DNA of 64,000 bases from Diplonema japonicum (GCA_964019335.1 OZ025668.1:638525-702524), one strand, 5' to 3'. Shown: positions 35,715-47,399, numbered from the stretch's first letter. Numbers and translations: made by a program. Notes: generated by a model not told the origin, from the sequence alone.

Positions 35715-37528
35715 CTAGGGGAGTAAAAAGTCTGTGAGTGGCATGTTCACAAGGGCCGTGATAATAGGAACTGAAGACGAAGAAGAGCAGACGTAGACTC
35801 GGATCACGTCGGAGCCCGCTGACTCGTCAGTGCACCGCACAGCTACTTCATAATGGTAGACAAGAGAAGGTACCAGAACGGGGATCACCTGTGTTCATAC
35901 ATTTGAAACAGAAAGCATACCATGGATGGCTTCCACATATGATAGATAGCCTTGTTGTAAGTAAACACAATCGGGATGGCCGTCAAGGACTTCAAGCCGG
36001 TGTTCTGGATATTGAGCTTAATTTTGAACAGTGGCCCCAACCCTTGCACGTGGGCTGTGAGTCTCAGGCTGCTCCCTCCTGTGTAAGACAGAGGACCCTG
36101 GCCGTCAGTCAGAATCTTCACGTAAGCACGGGCAGTCTGCAACCTCAGTTTGCAAAGATCTCTTTGGAACACTCGGTGCATCTCGATACCGAAGTCCTTC
36201 TCGCGCTGTGTCTGCTCAACGTACAAACGCGTTTTCTTCGGCACCTTAAGTGGGATGTCCTGCTCAGGAGGCGGACCTGCTTGCTGTCCTTTAGTTACCT
36301 CTAAGGAAGCCAAACGGGGAAGCATCTTGATGATGATCGCTCCTGACTTCGTAGTGATAATCAGCGTGGTGTCCTCTCTACCGTAGCGGCCGAACTTCAT
36401 ACCTGTTACCACGTCACGCACCTGAATGCTGTTGATCATAGTCCTGCCGTTGTACACACGTACCTCGCCGTTTGCAAGGGCGACGATGCACGCCTTGGTG
36501 CCCCTCATCGTCTCGAGTTGCACAGCAGTCATGTTCGTGATAGCAGCAGGCAGGTACACAGAGTACTGCTTCTTGCCTTTCACATGGTAGGCGTGTATCA
36601 CGTTCGCCATAGTTCCCACGATGATACTCTTGTCTACTCGCACCATGCCGCAGGGTTGTGACTCCAGCTCAATGGACACCCCTAGAGGCTCGCCGTTCTT
36701 GATGGTGTAGATGTTAGCATTTCTACAAGAGATCACAATGCGGTAATCAACATCGTAAAGGCCACTGGCACACATAAACACAGGTGTTGCTGCAAGCTGT
36801 ATTTTTCGCAGAATTTGGAACTGCGAGTCGAGAATGAGCACTCTTGCATTTTCCGTGCCTACAACAAGATACCCCACACCAGTAGCCTCCTCCTTGTCCT
36901 TCTTGAGGACCGTCATGCACGTAATGACTGTTTGCTGGATCAAAGGAGCATTTTTGCACTCACTGACAAACCTTTCCCTTTCTTCCGCCACCTCTAAACT
37001 CAAGAACTCCATGCTCCGTGAACTCAGCGGCACACCATTCTCCTTCGCATGCTCCAGCACCTCAGTTGCTGCCGTTGTTGTGACCTTGCCCTGTCTTATG
37101 TTAGACCACACGTCAGCTTCAATCGGGTTGATTTCGATACACGGCAAAAAGAACTTGTAGAAAGCCTTCAGATTTTTGTAAATATAAATGCTCGGTCCCG
37201 AAGCGACGGCTACTGCTGGTCTGTGTACAGGATCGCTGTAGTCGGTATAAAATGAACACAGAGCACACGGCGTATCAAGAAGTGGGTTCTCAAGCACCAG
37301 GTCAGTGCCGCTGTACACCTTGAGCTTCCTCTGTGCATCTGCGATTAACAGCTTCCAATCGCCATTTCCGTTCAAATCAGCTAGTTCGATACACGCGCTG
37401 AATGCTCTCACGCCGGCCAGGGGGTTCAGCCACGCATCCAACCACAGAGGCTCCGGTTCAGGTTGTGTAGAGGACTTAGCCACTGGCTTGACAACATCCT
37501 CTTCCACCGGCAGTGCGTTGTCTTGCAT
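35715..37528 (-). CDS. BBS1: Bardet-Biedl syndrome 1 protein (BBSome); 32-nt intron at 35889-35920
   Basis: WLDAW..P.AG, FGRYGRED, PKKTRLYVEQTQRE, MHRVFQRDL; the last exon ends ITALVNMP. Confidence 0.93.
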
Positions 37529-37622
37529 TTGACCCTGTAGCGGTATGGTACCATGAATGAAATAAACACTTTTGATTTAACTAACCATAATAAGCTAACA
37601 CAGAGGTCTGGAAAGACCCTGG

Positions 37623-40600
37623 CTACATCCACACACTCATACGCTGTTCAACACGCTCTCTACAGAGGGGGCAGAATTGCACTTTCATAGCACATTCGCT
37701 GCAAACGCATAAATGGCGGCATGGGATGAGTACCGTGGATTTTGGATTTGTCAAGCAAACGCAGCACTCCAGAGCAGCCGAGGGGTCGATGACTATAGCA
37801 ATGCAGGGGTCGGGATTATCCAAACCACCTTCAACTTCACCGGGAAGACCGCGTTGCATATGCAGCGTGCCGTCGTTCGCATGAACAGCAGCATCAGCCG
37901 TCTCGTCATCTTCTTCGGGAGACGGAAGGGGGAAAGGCACTACTGGTGGCGGGATGTCCCAACTGTTTCCTCGTTCCCGCTGTACACCTTGAGCACCTTC
38001 TCTAGCAGGCTCTGACACGTCTGTCTCTTCTTCCATCCACCGCTTCCTGCGCATTTTGTACACAAGCAACACGCTAAGCCCCAGGACAATGGGTACAGCT
38101 CCAAGAACTGCTAAGAAATACAACGAAGATATCCCCCGAGAAGTGTCCGTAATGACCTCATCGTCTTGCAGCACCAACATCTCACCAGGGAAACTCTCCC
38201 AGTTAACTTTTGATAAGTGGGATTTTGCACTCTTCCTTGTTGCTGCTACTATTTGGAGAGACAGCGTCTGCTGAACCGTTTTGCACCCAGCCACAAAAAT
38301 CTGTGAATGGATGAAAATGTCCAACAGAAGCTTAAGCGAGACCGAACTCGATGAAGCAGCCCATTCGCGGCCATTGCTTGTTTGGAATAAATGGAAACAC
38401 AAGTTTTCATTAACAGAACCCCAATCCATCGTCAAGTTCCCAGTGTAGTCCAACGCAGCTGGCAGGGGGGTTGTTCTGCAGTATCCGTATGAACCTCCGA
38501 ATGTCACTTTTATTGTGCGGTGTCCATGAGGCACTGAAAAGTCAGACCTAGTTGACACCCAAGGGTACTGTTTTCCTATGATCAGTTCCTTGCTCATGTG
38601 TACCGTAGTTTTGTAGTGCGAAACGTGATACATGCTCACAAGCACAGGGCAGTCCTCGATGCATAGTGGCAATTCTATCTCGCAAGCTGGAGCGTATATG
38701 TAGGTAGAGATAGGAGCGACGGTCGATGGGCTAGTGTCACACACAGAAATAACACTAAACCCTTTTAGATCTGCAACCCTGACCCGAACGCTGGGCGAGA
38801 TCGAAGGTACATATCCTACTATTTGCCTGGTATGTGAGACTATCGACACCTTGGTGCTGTTGGCAATAGCAAACGCATCGTGTACAGCTGTAAATCCCTT
38901 TTCTTTCGAGTGCATCGTGTATTGTGTAGTCCAGTTCCCAACTGTGATCTCGAAACTACCGGGTGTTTGCGCCATGAGCTCAAGGTAAAGGTAACCTTCC
39001 CTTGCGGCATGTACTTCCAGGTACAAAAAGCAATATAGCAAAGAGCAATTCATGCTTGCTGTTTTCCAAGACCTGCTTGTCTTCGGTACTCCATTGATTT
39101 CGCACTGGTCCTCAGGCGTGAGTTCCGTGCCTGCAACAGTGAGAGTAGATACGCGCATCAGCAGGTTAGCATACATGCCATCAACCTGCAGCGCAACGTT
39201 TATCGTGTCAAGGAAAGCTACTGTTACATTGTCGATCCCAACCATCTCCCAGTCGAAAGTGGGTGCTTCAAATGCAGCATGCCAGTGCAGTCTTGGTACC
39301 ACGCCATTGAGCATCACCTTTTCGACTGTGACGGGGCTTTCGATGAAAAGCTCGACGAAAATAGTGTGAGTGCCCTCACTCTTCAGAACATTTACACTGC
39401 AAGTTTCTCGGTTGCACTGACAACCTGTTGCTTGAACGGCCCCTAAAGGCGCAGGTCGTGCCGACGGCATTGGCGTAGGTGGTGGCACTTCACACCAACT
39501 GCTGCATGCCACAGGACAGAGGAGCAGTCCATAAGCTAATGGAAGGAACGCGTCGGAAGTGAAACTAAGATCTACATCGCAAATAGACGGCGCGCACAGT
39601 TTTCCTGTTCCTTTCAACAGCAACTCTGGGTCATCACTACAGTCGCCAGTCTTACAAGGCGTGCTGCAACCGATGCATTGACTTAAAGGCGCATGCTTGC
39701 ATGTGCACATGTAGTCACCGGTACAGTAATACTGCTGATCAACGCAAAAGCTCTCGGTGCATGGACTGTTACTGCACTCGTCAAAGGGCTTAAGGCTAAA
39801 CGGTGCACCATCAGGACAGCGGCGCGTGTCTTTGTAAGTTCTGCATATGCAAACATCCGCATCACAAAAGCCTCCCTTGAAGTTGCAGTATCGTGCTACC
39901 GGGAAGCCGAATCCAACTTCAGCATCCTCGCACTCTGCTTGCGTCAATCGGAAACACTGCTCGCCTCGTATTTTTTTTGCATAAGGCCGCAACAGTTGGA
40001 TGTCTGCAAAAGGCCAAGAAAGATTGACTGTGCCGATGTTCAACCTGGCCATCGCATGCCCACCGTCTGTGGAGATGACAGTTCCCCATGTGCCGAAATA
40101 TTTTGCGTCCGAGCTGCTGGACGTAAGATAAGCTAGCCTGACGGTATCACCTATGCTCATCTCTAGAGGTGTCTCCGGAGAGCTGTAAAGGGGGTGCGCT
40201 GTTCTGCACAATTTTTGATTGCCGTGGTAACACTCATTGTTTCGAAATACAAATCCATGCAAGGGCAACCCAAGAGAGTTGCCATCGACACATTCAGAAG
40301 ACGAAACCCAGTCTCCCATGCACTGACTGCTCAGCTCTATCCTACTGTCACTTACGCTAACGCTGAAAGTTCCCTTGCCGCGGACCTCGATGTCAAATAG
40401 ATCGTCTTCAGCTGCGTGATAACCTGTATACAGCACGAAGTGGCGTATTGTGCTCACCTGTCTCTGAGCAACCAACTGGCCGTTAATCCACAAGGAATAC
40501 GCTTGGATGCCATTAGGAATCGAAACCTTGACGTAACAGAATAAGGCACAGCTGCTACTCGGCTTGACAGTTAGCAAAGTACCAGTCGGTGATGACCATT

Positions 40601-41228
40601 CCCCTCCTGGTGGCTGAAGTAAAGGTACTGGGAGTATGCTGGAGACTGTTCGTGCAGGACAGGCACCGGATACATCAAAGCTTAATCTTATCTTGGTCTC
40701 AACAGACGGAAGACGGCCTTCATAGATGCGCAGCCAGGATGAGGGGTGCGGTGGGTTGGCAAAGACGGGGAAATCTTCGCTGTTGACGCGAGAGCTGCTG
40801 TCATTGACTTCTATAGCTACGTAAGTTCCCATTGGATCTATGGAAATGAAACACTCTGGTGAAGAGCACCTTGTGACTTTCCAGTAGTTGTCGCAGGTGG
40901 AAGCAGAAACATGGCCACCTATACTTGCAAGAGCCCGCGTCATTACAAAGGTGCACGTACCCCTGCTGGGATTCCACTCACAGCACGCTGCACCTTTTTT
41001 GATGCAAGAAGTTCCACAGTCTTGTGGGGTTGTTGCATAGACAAGGGACCTGTTGCCAACACACATTCTCCCTTCTATGAAAACGCCGCAATGTTTCTCG
41101 TGTGACACGAGCTCTGGTGCACCAAGTGTTAGAGTCAGTGTAGCTTCCTCAGGAACCGTTGCAGTGATGTTTCCGTCACTGACATGACATGAAACGAGAA
41201 TGAAAAGCTGCCAAGGTGCGCGCATCAC
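37623..41228 (-). CDS. Type I membrane protein with large Cys-rich ectodomain and cytosolic C3HC4 RING (putative E3 ligase)
   Basis: Signal peptide; TM LYFLAVLGAVPIVLGLSVLLVY; CCVC...PCRHLCVCSEC...CPLCR. Confidence 0.85.
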   Translation of the reverse strand: MMRAPWQLFILVSCHVSDGNITATVPEEATLTLTLGAPELVSHEKHCGVFIEGRMCVGNRSLVYATTPQDCGTSCIKKGAACCEWNPSRGTCTFVMTRALASIGGHVSASTCDNYWKVTRCSSPECFISIDPMGTYVAIEVNDSSSRVNSEDFPVFANPPHPSSWLRIYEGRLPSVETKIRLSFDVSGACPARTVSSILPVPLLQPPGGEWSSPTGTLLTVKPSSSCALFCYVKVSIPNGIQAYSLWINGQLVAQRQVSTIRHFVLYTGYHAAEDDLFDIEVRGKGTFSVSVSDSRIELSSQCMGDWVSSSECVDGNSLGLPLHGFVFRNNECYHGNQKLCRTAHPLYSSPETPLEMSIGDTVRLAYLTSSSSDAKYFGTWGTVISTDGGHAMARLNIGTVNLSWPFADIQLLRPYAKKIRGEQCFRLTQAECEDAEVGFGFPVARYCNFKGGFCDADVCICRTYKDTRRCPDGAPFSLKPFDECSNSPCTESFCVDQQYYCTGDYMCTCKHAPLSQCIGCSTPCKTGDCSDDPELLLKGTGKLCAPSICDVDLSFTSDAFLPLAYGLLLCPVACSSWCEVPPPTPMPSARPAPLGAVQATGCQCNRETCSVNVLKSEGTHTIFVELFIESPVTVEKVMLNGVVPRLHWHAAFEAPTFDWEMVGIDNVTVAFLDTINVALQVDGMYANLLMRVSTLTVAGTELTPEDQCEINGVPKTSRSWKTASMNCSLLYCFLYLEVHAAREGYLYLELMAQTPGSFEITVGNWTTQYTMHSKEKGFTAVHDAFAIANSTKVSIVSHTRQIVGYVPSISPSVRVRVADLKGFSVISVCDTSPSTVAPISTYIYAPACEIELPLCIEDCPVLVSMYHVSHYKTTVHMSKELIIGKQYPWVSTRSDFSVPHGHRTIKVTFGGSYGYCRTTPLPAALDYTGNLTMDWGSVNENLCFHLFQTSNGREWAASSSSVSLKLLLDIFIHSQIFVAGCKTVQQTLSLQIVAATRKSAKSHLSKVNWESFPGEMLVLQDDEVITDTSRGISSLYFLAVLGAVPIVLGLSVLLVYKMRRKRWMEEETDVSEPAREGAQGVQRERGNSWDIPPPVVPFPLPSPEEDDETADAAVHANDGTLHMQRGLPGEVEGGLDNPDPCIAIVIDPSAALECCVCLTNPKSTVLIPCRHLCVCSECAMKVQFCPLCRERVEQRMSVWM

Positions 41229-41305
41229 GTACCAAAGTGCATGAGCCCACTAACCTGAAATACGTATTGCACAGAGGAAGGGAGGGGAGGGGGAAGTCTA
41301 AACAA

Positions 41306-41740
41306 TCACCAACTTACTTTCTTTGACGCCCGTGTCGTTAGTATCTGAACAACTTCTATGAGGGTAGATGGTAGGATAAAGACGAAAAAAATATGCCAGA
41401 ATCTCACGTAATGAGAGGATAAGTAGTGGACGTTTAAGAGAAGAGCGGCAGCTACAGAGTGAAGGGGTATTTGGAGGAAAGAAGAAGCGGTGTTCAGCGT
41501 AGTGTAACCAATCATCATGCCGCCAAGGCATATAAGAACGCATGCAATGCTTAACCCAATTGCTGCTTTCGCACTCAAGGTAGTGTTGCTCGGTATTGTA
41601 GCTCCTTGCACAAACGAAGCTTGCAGATTACTGTCAACACCATCCATGCACATCAGTAGTGCCACAAGGTCGGAAATAGTGGCGATAAATCTAACCGGTG
41701 TCAGCACTTCCTGCAGCTTCCACCCAAACCCCGCAGGCAT
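41306..41740 (-). CDS. TMEM107: Ciliary transition-zone protein TMEM107-like
   Basis: 144 aa, four TM segments, P.RF...I, H..AA, FW.IF...LP...E pattern. Confidence 0.7.
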   Translation of the reverse strand: MPAGFGWKLQEVLTPVRFIATISDLVALLMCMDGVDSNLQASFVQGATIPSNTTLSAKAAIGLSIACVLICLGGMMIGYTTLNTASSFLQIPLHSVAAALLLNVHYLSSHYVRFWHIFFVFILPSTLIEVVQILTTRASKKVSW

Positions 41741-41818
41741 ATTCCCTCTTTAGATGTGATAACAACGGTCAATGAAGGCAATAGAATAGAACAATCTAAA
41801 CATAAAACAAAAATAGAA

Positions 41819-43009
41819 CTAGTGTGAAGGGCTCGAGGAGAGTGACAGCTGAGACCTGTCTGACATGTAGAGAGAGCGGCCTTTGCGACGGGCTTCTGAG
41901 AAAACGCGTTCAAAAAGCTCTCGTTCACTTACATGGGAATAGGTAGACTCTCCTTGAGAGTGACTGTCCTGTCTCCATCTTGCCTGTCCTGCTGGTCTTT
42001 CTGTGCTCTGGGGGCTGTCATACGAAGCACCGTCGCTTGTTGGTGCTCTCAGTTTCTTAGGGGTAAACCTCGAGATGTATTTCTTAAGTTCTTTGAGACT
42101 CGTTCTTTGACCAAACCTTCCTCTCATCCAGTGGGCAAGCTCTAACCATTGGCCATCCAAATAGTTATCATCCTCTTCTTCCAGTTTTTGCTCAGGAACG
42201 TTTAGCGGGGCTTTCATGTCGGGGTGTAAGTACTTCTCAGAGTCCCGTACATGCAACGCACGGTCGACATCCTTCTCCAGTGCTGTGAAGTGTCTCAGCC
42301 TGCTGCGGTACTGCTCTTTCAATTGAATCAATTGGTCGATGTCATACTCTTCCGGTGCACCGAGTAGCTCGGGGTCGTGTGCCTTGCGGTCACTCAATGT
42401 GCTTAGGAGATCCAGGGGACGTGTTGATGGTGAATCTTTCTTGTCAAGTTCTGCTTGCATCTTCAATTCTGCCAACTCTGCTTGTAAACCCAACAAATCA
42501 TCTTCCACCCCCTTCCTTGCCCGTTCGGCTTCTGCAGCTTTCGCCTCGAGTAGTGCAGTTGACTGATTTGATGAGGGTGGCGCCTCTTTGTTAGCTTTCA
42601 GCTTACTATTTTCTATTTCTAGCGTTGCAACTTTACCGGCTAGCATAGACAGCTTTGCAGAGAAGACCGTCTCCTTTTCATCTAAAACACTCATCAAATG
42701 TTGTTCACCTTCTTCCGATGTTGTTAGCCGTGCCTCCAGATCTTTGATTACGACACCCGCTTCGTCTATTTTCTGCCGCAGTAGCTCCACTTCACTCTCA
42801 TCGATATTAAACATTGGTGAGCTGACAAGCATTTCCTTGTTTTTCAATCTGCTAAGCTCGTCATCAAGAGCAAGCGAGTGACGCCGTTCTCTCTCCAGCT
42901 CGTCTTCATATACATCGAGTTGGCTCACAAGCTCTGATCTTTCCTTTTCGAGCAGGGCGACAAGCCCTATAAGTTCCCTTGCCTCTGCATCAGGGTCCAG
43001 TCCGATCAT
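41819..43009 (-). CDS. Coiled-coil hypothetical protein
   Basis: 396-aa E/L/K-rich ORF on the array strand. Confidence 0.7.
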   Translation of the reverse strand: MIGLDPDAEARELIGLVALLEKERSELVSQLDVYEDELERERRHSLALDDELSRLKNKEMLVSSPMFNIDESEVELLRQKIDEAGVVIKDLEARLTTSEEGEQHLMSVLDEKETVFSAKLSMLAGKVATLEIENSKLKANKEAPPSSNQSTALLEAKAAEAERARKGVEDDLLGLQAELAELKMQAELDKKDSPSTRPLDLLSTLSDRKAHDPELLGAPEEYDIDQLIQLKEQYRSRLRHFTALEKDVDRALHVRDSEKYLHPDMKAPLNVPEQKLEEEDDNYLDGQWLELAHWMRGRFGQRTSLKELKKYISRFTPKKLRAPTSDGASYDSPQSTERPAGQARWRQDSHSQGESTYSHVSERELFERVFSEARRKGRSLYMSDRSQLSLSSSPSH

Positions 43010-43205
43010 ATTTGTACCTTTGTGCTACTATATGTGGTGAATGAAAAAGAGGAGAAAGGATCGGTAAGAATGTGTTTTGCCATTTGTTCACGAGAAAAAA
43101 AATAGAATGGACGCGTTACCTTTGGGGCGTGCAGGATTTTTCTTTCCTCTTTACTCTTCAGTGTCCTTTTTTTTTTTTAAAGGAAATCGAAAATGGCCCT
43201 TTTTG

Positions 43206-43250
<45 letters not shown>

Positions 43251-43381
43251 CTAAACGCCCTTCCCTTAAGGATTAATGTGCGATAACAATAAGGGAGTAC
43301 CTATACTCATAGAAGAAACACTTTACGTTTACATTTACGAAACGTTTCCAAGTCTCCAGGTGCAAACGAATCACAAAGCCT

Positions 43382-45127
43382 CTACACACCAGTCAAAGAC
43401 CGGTCAGAAGAGGGGCGGGCTAGAATGTGTATGCCTTTGACTGAGAGGTTCATGGATAAGGAAAGCTCTGGCGACAGGAGGAGGAGCGGTGCAACGAAAT
43501 CAACTACACTGTCAGGCGTTGTTTCCTGTGGATCGACAAGGACAATGAGTCTAGCAACAGATGGGAAGTCATCAGTATACCTGGGTGCTTGCATCCCCAA
43601 TAGAACATTGGCAATCTTGGACTTTGCCTCTTCGGCATCTGTTGGAAAGGAGACATGACCCACACGAGACAGGCAGTTCTGCAGCAACCAGTCATTATTA
43701 ATGTTCTGCGTGTATGAAATCAGGAAGGCAACCTTCCTTCCTCTAGGCATTGCCTGTGCAAAAGCACTGTCACACATGACAGCCCTGCCCCCAGGGTCAC
43801 CGTTAGTAGAGTCGTAGACCACATGTGTCGTCTGAGAACCAAGTAGGTTAAGCACTGCAGCGTGTGTGCTCCGCTTAGCAGTCTTGAGGGACTTCCCCAT
43901 TTTACGTTCATTTGTATAAATTGAATCACGTTCTACAACAGCTGCCTGGTTTCTGCTCTTTAGTATTGCGGCAAAAGTGCTTTTTCCACTACCCGGTGGC
44001 CCAATAGGAATTATTGCACACCGCATCTCCCGCCTGAAATCAAAAACCTGCATCCTGTACTCTGTCCCCGGCATAAAATCGTAACTTTTGTACGAATTGA
44101 TATAGAACGCATCTGCGCCTGTTAAGAGCACTTCAGCATCCTGGTAGCATGTTCTCTCGTTGCAGGACACATAGATGATCTGCTGCACTTGCTTCATGTT
44201 ATATAACGACATTGCCGTTTCCTTAGCAAGTCCGCCTCTTCCAGAGTTTACAAGCACAACCATTTCTCTTTCGCTCTTCAGGTTGCACAGTTCTCTTGTG
44301 TAGTCCCACTTTGAAGCGACACGTTTCAGAGTGACTGTCTGGTCCACGTGGAGATTTGCTTTAACAGTACGTTCATAGTTCTTAGTAAGATCCTCGAAGA
44401 CGCGAGGGCAGTGCGGTAAGCAAACTATATTTTTAATACAGCTACTCATCTTATGTGGCATGCTGGCGAACACGGCATTCGAATCTCTTCCCATCAGCAG
44501 GAGGTCTCTTGCCCGATTCGCCTCTAGCAATGCATGCATGAATGCCCACAATTTGTTTTCCATGTCGTGGTTTACTTCTGAGAATGTGTCAGGTGATATG
44601 AGGTACTCATCACCCCATGGTGTCTTCTCTGTCAACCACTTACCGTGGACAATGATGTAAGCATCATCTTTCTTCGGTTTCACTTTAGATTCACTGTGCT
44701 GCAAAGCCATGCATTCTATCCCGCAATCCATAAGATCATGTACAAGCTGTTGCACCTCAGTGTCAATGAAGTCGGCGAGTTTTGCCTTAGAGCAGACAAT
44801 TAAGAATTTCACCATGAACATGCCTTTTCGGCTGCACTTCACACTCACTTCGTGCCAATAGTCAATCGAGATTGGGGATGCTGCTTGTATCCATTTACAC
44901 AAGCGCATGCACAAGTTGTTACACTCCTTAACTGCCAATGGAGACGTTTTCACTTCTCCTTTTTTAATGCTGTATGTCACCTTGTTCCGATATGCCGTTT
45001 CTTCACCTTTCTCTAATCTGGCTTCATCCGCCAGCAGCAAGTCAACTACATGCCGCACACGCTCCTCAACGTCCTCAGCTTGTGCCCGCCTGTTATTTTT
45101 CATCGTTTCACAAAATTTTCTTTTCAT
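43382..45127 (-). CDS. TrmA/RlmD-like RNA m5U methyltransferase fused to a C-terminal P-loop (AAA_33/PNK-like) kinase
   Basis: YRNK, ISPDTFSEVN, NSGRGGL, IYVSCN (catalytic Cys), DFMPGT; then IGPPGSGKST and VYDSTN. Confidence 0.75.
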   Translation of the reverse strand: MKRKFCETMKNNRRAQAEDVEERVRHVVDLLLADEARLEKGEETAYRNKVTYSIKKGEVKTSPLAVKECNNLCMRLCKWIQAASPISIDYWHEVSVKCSRKGMFMVKFLIVCSKAKLADFIDTEVQQLVHDLMDCGIECMALQHSESKVKPKKDDAYIIVHGKWLTEKTPWGDEYLISPDTFSEVNHDMENKLWAFMHALLEANRARDLLLMGRDSNAVFASMPHKMSSCIKNIVCLPHCPRVFEDLTKNYERTVKANLHVDQTVTLKRVASKWDYTRELCNLKSEREMVVLVNSGRGGLAKETAMSLYNMKQVQQIIYVSCNERTCYQDAEVLLTGADAFYINSYKSYDFMPGTEYRMQVFDFRREMRCAIIPIGPPGSGKSTFAAILKSRNQAAVVERDSIYTNERKMGKSLKTAKRSTHAAVLNLLGSQTTHVVYDSTNGDPGGRAVMCDSAFAQAMPRGRKVAFLISYTQNINNDWLLQNCLSRVGHVSFPTDAEEAKSKIANVLLGMQAPRYTDDFPSVARLIVLVDPQETTPDSVVDFVAPLLLLSPELSLSMNLSVKGIHILARPSSDRSLTGV

Positions 45128-45370
45128 TATTCCTTTATAGGAGATTAGGTTGATGAGTGAAGATCTAAAGAAATAAAAGTTAGTTTTTGAACTCTTTTCT
45201 GCTTCCTTGTGACAATGTGACAAAACCCAACTTGCGATGCAATGATGCAATGTCACACCGTGTATTCCTGTGGAATGAGTGCTTTGGCAGAACGAGGCAG
45301 AACATGGCAGAACAAGGAATTCCTTACCTTTTTTTATTTTTTCCTTCTTTTTTTCTCTTTCTTTTTTCAA

Positions 45371-46919
45371 GGCAAACTTATAGATAAAGACCCCACATTG
45401 GGCCACAAATGTGTGGTGAGTTGCTCACCCCCTACCCAAAAGTGAGTAAAGTGTCTGTTAAAGAAAAGCAATGATAGCAGTGTTGGGTTGTTCCCTTGAG
45501 GGAATTTGAGGGAATCCAGGGGAACAGAGGGAACTGAGAGAACAGAGGGAACGAAATTTTCAGAAGTGCCAAAAAAAGTGTTGGCATTTTCGTCCAGACA
45601 AGCTCATATAAGAAAAACATCAGATGTGTTTGCTGCTGACCTCCTTGAGTCATACACCTGTAGTGCCTGAACTGCCTGAAGTGGAAGAACAAATTGCAGA
45701 TGCTCAGGGTGACAAACAGGCAGTAAACTGCATGAGAACAGAATCTTGGTTACCCAGGGCACCAGCTGGGGTTGAGCTGCACACTGTATGCATTAAGGAC
45801 ACAACGTGGAACACAAAAGTGGCCAAGGTGCACCCCCTGTCACTGGTGACTGAGTCCCTCAAGGGTCTGGACCAACACTGCCACAGGTGGTGTGAGAGGT
45901 GTGAGAACACCACTGCAAGTTGAATGTGGCTGTGAACAATGCAGCTCTTCCTGGAGATTCTTTATTTTCTCCTCTGCAAGACACAACTTTGTTTGTGTGT
46001 CACACAGTAGATTTTGGGCTGACATGGTTTGTTTCTTCGAGTGCAAACACCTTCCATCACACACTGGAGGGAAGAAGTGCATGTCACCAGGATCCTGTGC
46101 ATACTCAACTGCTGCACCTGCCCAGCAAGGTTACCAATAACAGTCCCATCCCATGCATTCAGGACATCATTGTCATTGATTCAATGCCTGTCATCCAGCT
46201 TTTTCCAGAATTGGACTTTAAAGGTGGACCCCACACCTTTGTCAGCAATAAATGCTAGCATCTCTGCATATGCAAAGCCATTCTTCTTGCTAGTCTGCAT
46301 AAACATAGCAGCCTTGCAGGGTGTTTGGCTACACAGTTCACCAACTTTCTGGCTAAGCTGGGGTGAAGGGCTTCTTGATACTGATCCACTCCTTTTCTGC
46401 TTTTGAATAGCCTGAGAATTCTTCGGTTTTGGTTTTGGATCCAGTTTGTCCTTTTTAACTGGGTTTTTTTCTTCTCATGGAGGATAGTTCCTTTCTAAAA
46501 CAAGCACTCTCCTGCTCATAATGTTTATCTGCACATGTGTCACCATGTGCAGAACTGCCCTTGTCTCCATCTGGTGCAGCAAGGGCAGTTGAAAACATAC
46601 ACAATATTGCTACAAGCATAATCATCTTGTTTATAGTTTTTATCCTGTGGGCCTATCCTGTTGCTTTGGTTTGTAGCTTTTGCAAAAGGGTTCACCACCT
46701 GTGTAAGGAACTGCAGATCTGAGATGAAGGTCTTTTGTTTGTAGGAGGGGGTCTGAGAGAAGAAAGAGGAAGAAAAAAAAAAGTTTGTGAGCAGCAGCCT
46801 TATCTATCCCATTCACCCAAACAACCCAACTCGTTTACCCCCAGAAAAGAAGAAGAGGAAAAAAAGAGAACAAGTGTGAAATGGGAGGGAGAAAAAGAAA
46901 GGAGAGGGCTTGGCCAGCC
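45371..46919 (+). mobile_element. Degenerate ~1.55-kb element with GGC...GCC termini (long member)
   Basis: The first ~100 bp and last ~40 bp match the reverse complement of the two ends of 47914-48139; interior is CpG-depleted. Confidence 0.5.
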
Positions 46920-47254
46920 AAAAAAAAAACTTTTGTCAGATTGACCAGTTTGACTACCCAAGGCATGTTGAGCAGCTGGCTTGTGAGGGGCCCAACTTTG
47001 GTGCTGACACCCCTGGCCAGCTCACCCCTGAGATAAACTCCTTACACTGGCCCAGTACAAACCCCTGATCACTGTTGTCTCACAGTGCTTGAGTGCCATC
47101 TCCAGGGCTGTCAGCTCTGCCTGGCAGCTGTCACCATATTGGCATGAGTCTCTGATCAGGTACCTGTGTAACATCTTTTCTTGTAGACATCTGTTTATAT
47201 GTTTGAACTCTGCAGCAAAAAAAAGGGGGGGATGTGGTGTTGTGGTTGTATCTT

Positions 47255-47388
47255 GTCTGGTCCGGTTCAGTCCAGTCCAGTCCAGTCTGGTCTGGTCCAG
47301 TCCAGTCTGGTCAGTCTGGTCAGTCTGGCATAATTGGGTCGAAATTCACACCAGATCCGGTCCGGTCCAGTCCAGTCTAGTCTAGTCC
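47255..47388. repeat. Decayed (TCCGG)n pentamer microsatellite
   Basis: Mixture of tccgg, tccag, tctgg and tctag units in register. Confidence 0.8.
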
Positions 47389-47399
47389 TAATTAGGATT

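Noticed and set aside
346-45127. Prokaryotic operon
   Set aside because: Spliceosomal introns, eukaryote-specific genes (BBS1, TMEM107, LAMTOR5) and unrelated functions indicate a euglenozoan polycistron
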